Assembly (NCBI GenBank): GCA_951406725.2
Contig: OX597824.1
Location: 45,632,001-45,696,000 of the forward strand
Direction of reading: 5' to 3'
DNA: 64,000 nucleotides
DNA from: Octopus vulgaris
Lineage: Eukaryota
The notes beneath the pieces were generated by a model. The model ran no database searches. It was not told where the DNA came from and saw nothing but the letters and a program-made list of their open reading frames with translations. This document shows, piece by piece, positions 49,825 to 64,000 of the stretch. The position numbers and the translations under genes are program-made. How positions within the stretch are numbered: the first letter of the stretch is position 1; every line of letters starts with the position of its first letter.

Positions 49825-50551
49825 GCATGTGTGTTTATCATCATCACCATGACTGCCACAGCCACCACTACCACTACCAACACCCTTAGGCAAGGTGTTG
49901 AGTGGGACATATTTATATCTCTAAGAGAGTGGTAGTGAAGAGAATAACAAACGGACACTATTGGGGTGGGATGTGCATGAAGGAGTATGAAATGGATAGA
50001 GGGAAGAGAAAGGATTTAGTGAGAAAGAGAGGGAAAAAAGTTATAAGGTGATAAGACAGTTGTGCAGGTGGAAGGTAATTATGAGTGGAAGGTGTGAGGA
50101 AAATGGACAGAGAGGAATTAGGTGAGGGTGGTAAGGATCCTGAGAGTTATTGAAGGAAAGAGAAATGTAGGGTTGTAGAGTGTAGGCTAGAGAGGGAGAG
50201 ATCAATCTCTAAACAAAGCATTCTGTCAGTTACAGAACTTTCCTGAAAAACTCCCATCAATGAACTGTACCTTGTTATCATCAGGGCCCTCTGTTGGTTA
50301 CGCTGATGACTGTTCCAGTTGATTCAATCAACAGAACAGCCTGCACCTGAAATTAACATGCAAGTGGCTGAGCATTCCACAAACATGCATACCCTTAAAG
50401 TAGTTCTCAGGAAGATTCTGTGTAACACAAAGTGTGACAAGGCTGGCCCTTTGAAATACAAGTACTACTCATTTTTGCCAGCTGGATGAACTGGAGGAAT
50501 GTGAAATAAATTGTCTTGCTCAAGGACACAATGCACTATCGGGAATTGAAC
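49825..50551 (+). repeat. ~720-bp dispersed duplication, copy 2
   Basis: Matches 44420-45150 apart from small indels; it lacks the TAAAGGTAAATATGAG duplication. Confidence 0.9.
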
Positions 50552-50574
50552 TAATTAGATGGACTCGCTGCTTC

Positions 50575-50633
50575 CATCTAAGAATATCTGAAGAAGGAAT
50601 ATTATTCCGAAATATCATATCAGACTATAGATG
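50575..50633 (+). ncRNA. Hammerhead-like motif, stem I degenerate
   Basis: CUGAAGAA-GGAAU(AUU)AUUCC-GAAA-UAUCAUA-UC. The distal stem I pair CAUCUA/UAGAUG is intact but the proximal pairs are mismatched. Confidence 0.5.
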
Positions 50634-50893
50634 ACTAAATTACAACAGGTACATAGCCCACTGTCTGTATTATAGTGCATTGTTGTACCATTCAAAACTT
50701 TTTATTCTAGATACCAAGCGAAGGAAGACAACTTGCCTGGCCATAATTTTTTAAGAGGAATATTTCTTGAACTATCACTAGCGTTCTTGTGTTTAAAAAA
50801 CATTCTTTGCAGAGAACCATTATCAAGCTAGATATGAAACCAATGATTTTTTTCTAAACTATTACGTTACACATACAAGTTTTTTTCTGGGTA

Positions 50894-50931
50894 TCTTTCT
50901 GCCAAAGAGTGTAGGCTCGAAACGTAAAAGA
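50894..50931 (+). ncRNA. Minimal hammerhead-like motif of PLE type (core variant)
   Basis: UCUUU-CUGCCAAA-GAGU(GUAG)GCUC-GAAA-CGUA-AAAGA. Stem I is a perfect 5 bp, stem II is 4 bp and stem III is the palindrome ACGU. The core differs at positions 6 and 8. Confidence 0.55.
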
Positions 50932-51019
50932 CTTTTTCTATTCCTGAGCACTATACTAATACATTTGTTTGTTTGTACACCACCTGCCTTCGTCTTTTGT
51001 TTATTTTCGTAAACTTTCC

Positions 51020-51080
<61 letters not shown>

Positions 51081-51083
<3 letters not shown>

Positions 51084-52140
51084 TAAATTAGAGATCAAAC
51101 CACTATTAGGCAAATCATACATACATATAGGAAAAATAGAAGATGAAAATGCACTGAGAATAATTAAAATACTTTTTTATTAATATATTTAAAGCTTTAA
51201 CCAGTTTCACAGTTTACACTGATTTTCAAAAAGTTCAAATAGAAAGATGTGGCTTATGTCGCAGCTGTCTTGCTTCTGACTAGTGTTTGAAGCTTACCCA
51301 ACTTTTATAGGGGGTCCATGGCTCATTAGTATATGTTTTGAATAAGATTTAATTGGCAGAAGATAGTCCCATGACTGGTCTTAGAAAATCTTTGTAGGTT
51401 CCCCACTACATCCGTGTGTTAGTATCAAGTGACAATGTTTAGTGTCATAAGTTAAGGCTGACACGGTTGAATGAACACGTCCAAAGAAATCAATGCTCTG
51501 AATGTTTTCAGTCAAGTGTTTGTAGAGAATGTTTATAACCTTTTGTACATTCCCTGCTACATCCGTGCATTAGTGTCACATAACAGTATATTTTGTGCCT
51601 AAAAAGAAGGCTGACACAGGTGAGTGAACATGTCTAGTTATTCTCAAGGCACTCGAAATTTAATCTGTCTGGTGTGAGAGTGGACAGGAGTTGTTTGTAT
51701 GTAGTCCAGTGGCTAAAGTTTAGGTTGTCAATTGTGTAGATTCTTCATGATAAGTGGCAGAATGAGTTTTGTGTGTGAATAGTTATTTGTGTATGTACTC
51801 TGTTAAAGTTTGTTAAGCCTTGGTTTGTAGTTTTGTATGAAAGTATTTTCTTTGTTTATCCATGCTTCAATTGTGGTATTCGCTGAACATAGGTAGAGTG
51901 GGAACACCTGGAATTTGGGGGACTTATTTTTTGCACATATGTCTATGTGTCCACTCAGTGAAATCTGCCTGGTACTGGGGTCTCATATTTGTTGTTGGTG
52001 AATGGTCAGACTATTTCATAGAGTAAGCTTTGTTTGATGTATGTGAGCTTCATTACATCCTTGACATTTGATAGCATATATTAAATTCCTTAATGAACAT
52101 GTAAAGTGATTTTTTATGGTAAAAATCTGTTCTGATTTGA
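51081..52140 (-). mobile_element. Penelope-like element inverted copy: GIY-YIG end plus 3' pseudo-LTR ending in (TA)n
   Basis: 51692-52140 is the reverse complement of 52928-53375. It continues through a ~150-bp tandem subrepeat and an HHR motif to the TA tract at 51023-51080. Confidence 0.85.
51195..51233 (-). ncRNA. Minimal hammerhead motif with a U3/A8 core
   Basis: CUUU-UUGAAAA-U-CAGU(GUAA)ACUG-U-GAAA-CUGG-UU-AAAG. It has a 4-bp stem I and a GNRA-capped stem II, and lies ~110 nt from the PLE 3' end. Confidence 0.55.
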
Positions 52141-53375
52141 GGCATACATGGAGGTGCATATAAATGAACAATCTAAATTAATATATGGCTTGAACTTCCA
52201 CAAATAGCTACTAGAAAACTGGAAACATTATTTAGATGACTGTCTAATCTTATGGATGCACACATTTGAACAACTTATAGATTTCAAAAATCTAATCAAC
52301 AGCATAAAAAATAATATTAACTTTACCATGGAATACAGAAAAACTCAACTACCATTCCTAGATATACTAATCAACAATAGAGATAAAAAGATTGAAACAG
52401 ATATTTGATACAAACAAGCAGATTTTAAACAATATTTACTGTTCTCTTTATGCCATCCCAAACACACAAGGAATAATATCTCCTTTAATCTAGCAAGAAG
52501 AATCTGCACAATTGTCTCAAACCCTGAAACTCACATTAAAAGACTCCAGGAACTAAAGCAAATAATACTTAAAAGATAATATCCATTAACGTTAATAGAC
52601 AATGGAATAGAACGTGCCAAAGCAATAAATATTGAAGAACTACGATAAACGAAAAACACTCAAGATACATCCAGTACTCTACACTTTATTACAACACACA
52701 ACCCAAGAAACATAGAGGTTTACAATATTATCCACCAGAACATCCTGCTACTAAAACAAGCATTCACAATACACAAAATAATCAAAAGTAAAAAACAATT
52801 AAAGTCCCTCAAAAATGTCCTTACAGGTGCTAAATTACCTTCTGCAATTCCTACACCAACAGTCTAAAAGTGTGGCCACCCCAATTGTGGCACCTGAATC
52901 AATTTATTGAAGACACAACATACAAATTCAAATCAGGACAGATTTTTGCCATAAAAAATCACTTTACATATTCTCCAAGGAATTTAATATACGCCTTCAA
53001 AAGTCAAAGATGTAATAAAGAGCACATAGGTCAAACAAAGCTTACTCTGAGAAATAGACTAACCAATAACCAACAACAAATAAAAAACTCCAGTACTAGA
53101 CAGATTCTACTGAGTGGACACATAGACATACGGGCAAAAAATAAGTCCCCCAAATTCCAGGTGTTCCCATTCTACCTATGTTCAGTGAATACCACAGATG
53201 AAGTACGGATAAACAAAAATATACTCTCATACAAAACTACAAACCAAGACTTAACAAACTTTAACAGAGTGCATACACAAATAACTATTCAGACACAAAA
53301 CTCATTCTGCTACTTATCATGAAGAATCTACACAACTGACAACCTAAACTTTAGCCACTGGACTACATACAAACA
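52141..53375 (+). mobile_element. Penelope-like retroelement, decayed RT and GIY-YIG endonuclease
   Basis: WKHYLDDCLILW (YLDD at 52229-52240), NINFTME...LPFLDILI, YLLFSLCHPKH...FNLARRICTIVS and FITTHNP, then NLIYAFKSQRCNKEHIGQTKLTLRNR (GIY-YIG). In-frame stops are present. Confidence 0.92.
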
Positions 53376-55770
53376 TATATATAAACATATACATTCATTG
53401 AGCTATATATACACACATTTAATATATTTAATGTATCTAATTTGTTTATCTGCATACAAACATACAAATATACATACATACATATATAAGTTTCAAACTT
53501 TGACTCAAGGTCATCAATTTTAGAGGAGGGGATAAGTTGATTACATTGACTCCAGTGCTTGACAGGTACTTATTTTATTGACCCTGGAAGGACAAAAGGT
53601 AAAGTTGACCATGGCAGAATTTGAACTGAGATTGCATAGACGGACGAAATGATGCTGAGCATTTTTCCAACGATTCTGCCAGCTGCCTTATATAGATAAA
53701 CACACACACACACATGTATGTATGTATCTATGTATGTATGTATGTATGTATGTATGTATGTATGTATGTATGTATCGTTGTTTGTTCCTTCTCAAGCCAT
53801 GCCTGGCTCATAGGGCCGGTTTCCTTGGCATTTAGGTTCCCCACCTGGACGGGATGCCGGTCTGTTGCGGGTGAGCTGCAAGATGCAAGAGGAAAGAGTG
53901 AGAGAAAGTTGTGGCAAAAGAGTCAGCAGAAGTTCGCCATTTATATATATAAATGTCTTCCTTTATTAGTGATTCTTGCTTCAATAGCCTGTAAAGTGAT
54001 ATGCTACATCAGGTTGATTTGACCTTGACATATAAATCTCTGATTTGGTGGTGCTTGTATTGATAGACTTGTTAGAACATTATACACAATGCCTTGTGAT
54101 GTTTAATTATTTACTTCTACATTCTGAGTTCAAATCCTGTCAAGGTCAACTTTGCTTTTCATCCTTTCAGACATTGATAAAATAAAGTACCACTGAAGTA
54201 CCAGCAGTTAATTCTGTTGACTGTAACCTCTCGCAGTGCTAGATTAATAACATAATTTAATATTAATTTGAATTGTTACAGTGACAAATAAAATGCTTTA
54301 TAGCATTGTGTAGCATCCCTTCACATTCTGAGTTTAAATCCTGCCAAAGTCAAATTTTCCTTTCATTTTTCATTTAAAAACAACCATCAAGACAATCATC
54401 TGTTCACTTCACCCAAAATTTATTTCTGCAAATGCTAGAGAGCAGAGGTAATTAACAAGTATGCTATCCAAACAAAATAAAATACCTTCTCAACTAATTT
54501 AAATGAAATACATAAACCCTTTCTTTTCATATAACTAAATCGACTTTATAAACATATTTTTTAATTAATAAACAAACAAAAGCAAAAAGGAAGTATATTA
54601 AAATAGGCCCTCCCCCGCTCGCAAAATTTTTGTTGTTTATGCTTATGTTAAAAATCAATATCTATGTTGTTTAGTAGCAGAAATGGTAGAGCAGTGGACT
54701 AAATATCTTACAAATGTTAAATTTATCACTCTCCATGATTTCTGAGTTCTAATCCCACTAGGTTTTTTTTTTTTCTCCTCTTTTTCCCTTTTCTCTCTCT
54801 GGAATGGCTTAAATAAGTACCAGTCAATTGGCTACATTTCTTTCCTACAAATTGTTGCTTTACACCAATGTGAATCAATAATACTTAATATTAAGGCAGT
54901 AGATTGGTAGGAATAATTATGCTCCAGAGACTTAACGCCTTACAGTATTTAATTCTGTCTTCTGCTTTCTGAGTTCAAATCCCATTGGATCTAACTTGCT
55001 TTCAATTCCTTAAGGTTTTGTAAAATAATTCTTAGACTTATACTGGAGCCAGTAAAATCAACAATATTCCATACAAAAATTTCTCGTTTTGTGCTAATCA
55101 ATCATTTAATTATATAATAATTTGGTATTATATTTTAATGTATTAATAATTCAATTTTGATTTTAATTCTAAAATATGAATTCCATATAGTATAAATTAA
55201 TAAGAATATTATGAATATAATAGAAGAAATGATATAGAAAAAATGATATCATGAATTGTGATTTTTTTCTTCTTTTACTTATTTTTGGCTCCTGTTATAA
55301 TAGATACAATTCTTGTTTCCTGCTTGAATAGTCAGTATTAATAAGATTCATTCAAATTATGTAAATAACATTCTCTGTCCCACTTCTGTCTGTTTGCCTA
55401 TCTGTCTCTTTCTCTCTATATATATATGCGCATGCATACACATGCTAAATTATCCAAATTTGCAAACCTGTTCAATCCACATTAGCATAGAATAACTATA
55501 TACATATAACACATGTATGTATGTGTGTATGTATGTATGTGTGTATGTATGTATGTATGTATGTATGTATGTATGCATGTATGTATCCATGTAGCTGTGT
55601 GGTAAGAAGCTTGCTTCCCAACCACATAGTTCTGGGTTCAGACCCACTGAGTAGTGCCTTGAGCAAGTGTCTTTTACAATAACCCTGAGCCAACCAAAGC
55701 CTTGTGAGTAGATTTGGTAGATTGCTAGATGGGAACTGAAAGAAGCCTGTTTTGTATCTGTGTGTGTGTG

Positions 55771-55803
<33 letters not shown>

Positions 55804-56022
55804 GTGTGTGTGTGTGTGTTTGTGTTTGTGTTTTATTTATCCATCACCACTTGACTACCAGTGTTGCTTTGTTTACATTCCCATAACCTAGCAGGTCAGT
55901 AAAAGAGACTGATAGAATAAGGATCAAACTTAAAAATAAGTTTTGAAGTTGATTTGCTTGACTAAACTATTCAAGGTGGTGCTCCAGCATGGCTGCAGTC
56001 TAATGACTAAAACTAGTTAAAT

Positions 56023-56325
56023 ATACAGGGTGGCCCAGAAGTTGTGCTTCTATTTATGAAATTCAAAACAATTCTGCTAATAATTATAATTTTTCTTGTG
56101 TTTTGGATATTGAAATATGAACCTTTGGAAATTTGTTATGGAGAAATATGCACAGCCTATCAAGCTAAAATTGTAGAATTTTATTTTGAAAATGACAGTC
56201 TATTGCATGCACACAAAGAATATACATGCACCATTACAGAGTAAGGAACCTGCCCACTAACTCTGCAATTATTTGTCTAATTTATTGTTTCCAAAAACAG
56301 GGATTTGTGGTTGACTTGCCATGAG
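56023..56325 (+). mobile_element. Tc1/mariner left end and decayed transposase start
   Basis: TA|CAGGGTGGCCCAGAAGT terminus, followed by MEKY...KIVEFYFEN-like coding remnants. Confidence 0.55.
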
Positions 56326-57225
56326 CAGGGTTGCCACTCATCAAATATTAAAACACCCAGATTATTTGCTGCAAAAAGCCCAGATCCTATTTTATAAACC
56401 CAGATGTTAGAAAATAGGTATATAATTGGTAATTAAATGATAAAATATGTTATATGACAAAATGAATACAGAATTTAATACTTAATATCATATAGCAGCT
56501 AATTGTTAATTTTGTATACATCCACATCATCTTCATTCACTCCTACCTTTTTAAAGTTCAATCTACTCGTATATCTACGATGACAAGACTCATCCACTAC
56601 ATCTTTAATAAGTTTAGGATTCGGCCTCCAAGAAATGCATGATGCTCCCTTTCTTGTAATTGCTTGTTTAACGAGAAGACAATCAGTGATCATTTCAGCC
56701 TTCAACCTATTAGTGAACTTTGTCTTTATGCAATTAACTTAGGATAATATGCGCTCCATGCATGCTGATGAATGAAGTAACACCATTAAATTAGTCATGA
56801 ATTGTGACAGCCTCTCAAATTTAGAATGGTCAAGCCCATCTTTAAGATTGTGTATGGAATACCAGAAGTCAGGGATACTTTTTGAGGAAACAGGAATATC
56901 TTTATATTGCTGAAATAATCTTCACTCATCATCTAGTTAATCAAGCATGTTTTCTGGTGCAATTGCTGGAAAGTTTGATGCCAAGAGAATTATTGACTAA
57001 GGAGAATTAGTTAGATTGTGCGCTACTTTTAGATCAAGTATTTCTAAGAGGGCAAACACTCCAGCTTCATAGAGAGGAAAGCACATTTTTATTTGAGAGC
57101 ATAATTCTATCAAAAAATTTTTCCAATCAGTTTTGAATCTAGCTGAGTCACCAACGATGGGGTTTTGTTCTAGATATCTCATTGCATGTCCACCAAGGTA
57201 AATATCACTCATATCTTTGTAATTT
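56326..57225 (-). mobile_element. hAT transposon 3' part (dimerisation domain and TIR)
   Basis: Terminus CAGGGTTGCCA at 56326. The minus strand reads LSQFMTNLMVLLHSSACMERILS*VNCIKTKFTNRL, matching the hATC SSAxxERxFS...KTxxRNRL pattern. Confidence 0.8.
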
Positions 57226-57228
57226 GTT

Positions 57229-59250
<2,022 letters not shown>

Positions 59251-59467
59251 CAGAGGCATGGCTGCATAGTTAAGAAGCTTGCTTCTCATCCATGTAGTTT
59301 TGGGTTCACTCCCACTGCACATTACTTTTGATAAGTGTCTTCTGCTATAACCCTGGGTCATGGCCTTGTGAGTAGATTTGGGAGATAGAAACTAAAGGAA
59401 TTCTATTTTCTTGTGTGTGTTTATACATATATATGCATGTATCTGCGTATCTATGCTTGTATACATG

Positions 59468-59535
<68 letters not shown>

Positions 59536-60086
59536 CATGAGTATGTTAATGTCTTCTTGTCTTGATATTGCACAAGAGATGTAAAACAAGCTTCCCCATC
59601 CAATAAGTTGTGTTGTTCATCATATGCATGAAAACATGTCTGACCACGAGGAAATATTAACTTGATTGGAAACAGGTTTATGGTGGATGACAAGAAGGGC
59701 ATCCAGCTGTAAAAAATCTGCCTTGATGAATTCTATCTGACCCCTGCAAGTATGAAAATGTGGAAGTTAAAATGGTTGTGATGATAAGGCCAGAAATTTG
59801 TTGGGAAGGCCTTACTCGATGAAATTAACCCCAGTATATGACTGGTGCATCATTTTTATCAGCCTTGTAAAGATAAGAGACAAAGTGAACCATAGTGAGA
59901 TATGAAACCAGAACATGAAATGCCACAAGTCAATATAGCAAGGTATTTTGTCCAATACTCTAATGATTCTGCCAATACTCTGGCTTAGAAAGTAATTAGT
60001 TTTGAAGCTGTAAAGATATACAGAAAAGTACAATATACCTTTAGTTGTGAGAACCAGACAAATGTTTGCATGTCTGTATTGTAAGA

Positions 60087-60124
<38 letters not shown>

Positions 60125-60789
60125 TACACACACACACACACACATACACACTAACACACACACATGCATCTACTCACACATAGACAACACACCTATTCAC
60201 ACACACTACCTACAAATATTCACCCATGATCACACACTTGTATACACAATATTCAAGTGTACATTGATTCACCTGTTTCTGTTCTAATTGATTCAACATT
60301 TTTAATAAGTTTATCCAAGCCAAAGATATTTAAGCAATAAAATAATAAAAAACTTGTCATTAAAAACATATTCAGAACAATCATTTATACCAATTCTTCT
60401 ATCATCTTCACACACTAATAAGTTGGATTTGAATTAAACTCCTTATTAGTCATAGTAGTGTGGTTATGAAGACACAGGTTTGGCTGAGTTGTTAAAGCAT
60501 TTGCTTTACCTCCACATTTTTAGGTTGTGCCCCAGAGCTGACTGATGCTTTTTACGAGAATTTGGTGAGCACAAACTTGTGGAAGTCCATCTCTCTCTCT
60601 CTCATACACACACACGCGCATGCACATACACACACTCACACACACACACACACACACGTGCATGTGCACACATGCATACACACATGCATACATGCACCCC
60701 CCCACACACACGTGCATGTGCACACATGCATACACACATGCATACATGCACCCCCCCACACACATACACACACAAATAGAACAGATATA

Positions 60790-61080
60790 TCATCATGATT
60801 ATCATCATGATCATCATCATCATCAACATCATCATCAACATCATCATCAACATCATCATTATCACCATCATCACCATTTAATGTCCATGCTCCATGCTTG
60901 CATGGCTTGGACAGTTTGACAAGGATGCAGTGAGCCAAGGACTGCATCATACTCCAGTGGCTGCTTTGGCATGGTTTCTATGACTGAATTCCTTTCCTGG
61001 TGCCAACTATTTTACAGTGTGTACTGAGTGCTTTCTTTTTGCGTCACTGGCACTATGGAGGTTACCATGTAGCTTGCAAG
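60790..61080 (-). mobile_element. Old RTE 3'-end fragment with an expanded (CAT)n tail
   Basis: CATCATCACCATTTAATGTCCATGCTCCATGCTTGCATGGCTTGGACAGTTTGAC is homologous to 4941-5110. Confidence 0.75.
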
Positions 61081-61409
61081 TCCTCAAACCCAGGAAGGGA
61101 GGATGTTGCACCTGTATGTTAGATGAGGGTGGGTAAGGAGGAAGAGGTCAGGGTAGAGCAGGTTCTCATTATATATATATATAAAATGTCCTAAAGTTGA
61201 TGAACCAACTAATGTGCTTCTCCATTTTCTTATTTGCAATATAAATTAATGGTAAAATATTTCTTTACCTTCACCCATTTAATACCATAAGTAAGTTAAT
61301 TGCATTGCAATTAAAAACACTTGTGTATTAATAATTGGGTATTATACCAACAGTATATTGGATAAATATTATCCCTTAGTGGGTTGGATCCACAACCCCT
61401 AACTTTCTT

Positions 61410-61448
<39 letters not shown>

Positions 61449-61504
61449 GTGTGTCTGTGTATGTGTGTTTGTGTGTTGTGTGTGTGTGTTTGTATGTGTG
61501 TGCA

Positions 61505-61541
<37 letters not shown>

Positions 61542-64000
61542 ACGCACATTTGTCTCTTACCACTTGCCAACCAGTGACATAGCATCTCTGACACCAAGCA
61601 GTTTGGTAAAACTGAAACCAATAGAATAAGCACTAACATAAAGTAGGTACTGGGATTGATTTGATCAACTAAACCCTTCAAGGCAGAATTGTTAATGTGT
61701 CGGACAAAATGTTTAACAGCATTTCTTCTGGCTTTTTATGTTCTGAGTTCAAATTCTGTCATGGTCAACTTTGCCTTTCATCCTTTTGGGAGTTGATAAA
61801 AGAAATACCAGTCAGGTACTGGAGTCAATATAATTGATTTATTCCACTCCCTAAAACTGTTCCCCTTGTGCCAAAATTTGAAGGCATTGTTTCTATAACT
61901 TGTATTTTGTTTGGTGATTTTGCAGGAATGCTAAACAATATATAGGCCCAGATGTAGCTGTGTGGTAAAGAGTTTGCTTCTCAGTCACATGGTTCTGGGT
62001 TCAGTTGCACTGCATAGTATCTTGAGCAAGTGTTTTCTTCTATAGCTTCAGGCTGACAAAAGCCTTGTGGGTTTGGTAGACAGAAACTGAAAGAAGCCCA
62101 TTTTGTGTGTGTGTGTGTTTTGTGTGCGTGTGTGTGCATGTGTGTGCATGCATGTGTGCGTGTGTGTGCGTGTGCATGCGTGTGTGTGCAAGTGTGTGTG
62201 TATGTGTGTGTATGCATGTGTGTGTGTGTATGTGTGTGTGTGTGTGCGTGTGTGTGTGTGTGTGTATCTTTGTGTCTGTGTTTGTCTCTACCACTGCTTG
62301 ACAACCAGTACTTGTGCGTTTGTGTCCTCATAACTTATTGTTTTGGCAAGGGAGACCAATAGAATAAGTACCAGGTTTAAGAAGTAAACAAGTATAGGGG
62401 TTGACTAAAATTCCTCAAATTCCAGTATGGCCTGCAGTCTACTGACTGAAAAAAGTAAAAAACAAAAATAAAATTAGGGATTGTTACACTGCTGAAATCT
62501 GTTGTTCTCAAACAGTGCACAGCATTGCTCTTACACATTACAAAGGGTATCTATGAATGTTGTTAACAGTTGAGCATTTTGAAAAAAATGTGCTATTCAT
62601 AAATTTCAATATGTCCTACCTTACCTTGGGAACTTCAATTCCTGATGGAGTCAAAGGAAATACTATTGTGACATGTAGCATGTTGTGAGTATTAGGCCTA
62701 GGAGAGTCCATCCCTCTTCACATCTAGTAGCAGCTGATTTCTTCAAGAAAGAGAGAAGGATAGAAAGAAAAGAAATTATCTTAGTACAGGAATGGTACTT
62801 TATTTATTGACCATCCTCATCTCCACCAAAAAAAAAAAAAAAAAAAGATGGAAAGCAAAGTTGAACTCAGTAGTATTTCAACACAGAACGAAGAGAGCTA
62901 GACAATAACCATACTTTACTACTCACCTAATCAATTTGCCAACTTAATTCTATTATATGCAAATATGACAAATATGATTAACAGAACTAGGCAAGCTATA
63001 ATTTTCTTATATCTTTACTAATTTTTACTGTCGAACATCACTATACCATTGTGTTGCTGTAACAACCAGATTATCAGATGCTGTAATACACAGGTGGTCA
63101 CTATGTACTTCCTTGCATTGCTGTAGATTTCAAATGATGCCACCCCACTGGTTAGGTGGGCAGGGAAACGTTCCTTCTAAAAGGAATGCTGATCTGCCAC
63201 AGGGTTACCCATTTACAACTGAGTAAACTGGAGCAATGTGAAATGAATTGTTTTGCTCAAGAACACAATGCACCACCTTGTGGTCATGAGTGTGTAATGA
63301 GACCAATTTCTATTATAGCACACTGAAGACAATCAGCCTTTTATAGGCTCAGCATGTTAATCTGTAATGACTGGTCGTTTTACCTGTCACTTGAATTTTG
63401 AACATTGGTTGAGCCCTGTGCTGTGATTGATGAAGAATTGCATGGGATTTGGATCAAAGGTCCAGTCATGCTGCGCATATTACATTTTCAATCAACTAAT
63501 TAGTATGTACTCTGGAGCCAACCCTTTTCTATAATTTCGTATGACAAATTATTTAGACCAGAGAAAAATTAATATATAGAAGCACATATAACTAGCAATG
63601 ACCCAGGCTAAATTATCCAAATGATGGATAATTACAATCACCAGAAGTTGTAATGTTTCTTGCTTGATCCACTGTACCACTTTACAAAGGAATAAAATTC
63701 CATTATTATTTTAAAGTTAGCTTCTTTTGTTACCCCCCCCCCCCAGTGAACACAATATATTATACATGGTTCTTTAGTAAAACCAAGAAAGACTTTAGAC
63801 CCATCTTAAAAAATGCAACACCCTAACCACTAGGCCATGCATCTTCACATCTTTCAACACATTTCTTTAATTTCTATATGAAGTGCACTAGTGAGTTTTT
63901 CACTTAATTTCATCTCCAGTATAGCAGCATTTTATTATTTAATCTTTATTGCAGCTCAAGGTCAAAAAGATTGTGGAACCATTGCCTCAAAGCCTTAAAT

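Noticed and set aside
44420-50551. LTR retrotransposon bounded by the two 720-bp repeats
   Set aside because: I saw no clear TG...CA ends, TSD, PBS/PPT or gag/pol, and the repeats themselves include a SINE fragment.

Overview
AT-rich, microsatellite-saturated eukaryotic DNA. The SINE/LINE repertoire looks like a coleoid cephalopod, most likely Octopus (recognised by eye, not database-checked). The only host gene I can support is SRP9 (signal recognition particle 9 kDa) on the + strand. Its coding exon at 29361-29429 and terminal exon at 38811-38909 have canonical splice sites and are separated by a 9.4 kb intron. I could not find the first coding exon, so it probably lies upstream of the window. 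The rest is layered transposon debris: non-autonomous Helitrons, mariner/Tc1, hAT, Gypsy, RTE-clade LINEs, two abundant tRNA-derived SINE families and Penelope-like elements (PLEs). The most notable unannotated signal is five minimal hammerhead-ribozyme (HHR) motifs, at 7751-7846 (-), 42291-42376 (+), 50575-50633 (+), 50894-50931 (+) and 51195-51233 (-). They carry different core variants and lie in or beside PLE-type terminal repeats that recur head-to-head and end in (TA)n tracts. There are also three local fold-back hairpins (15948-16056, 16858-16945, 22224-22263). Almost all ORFs in the supplied track are microsatellite artefacts.
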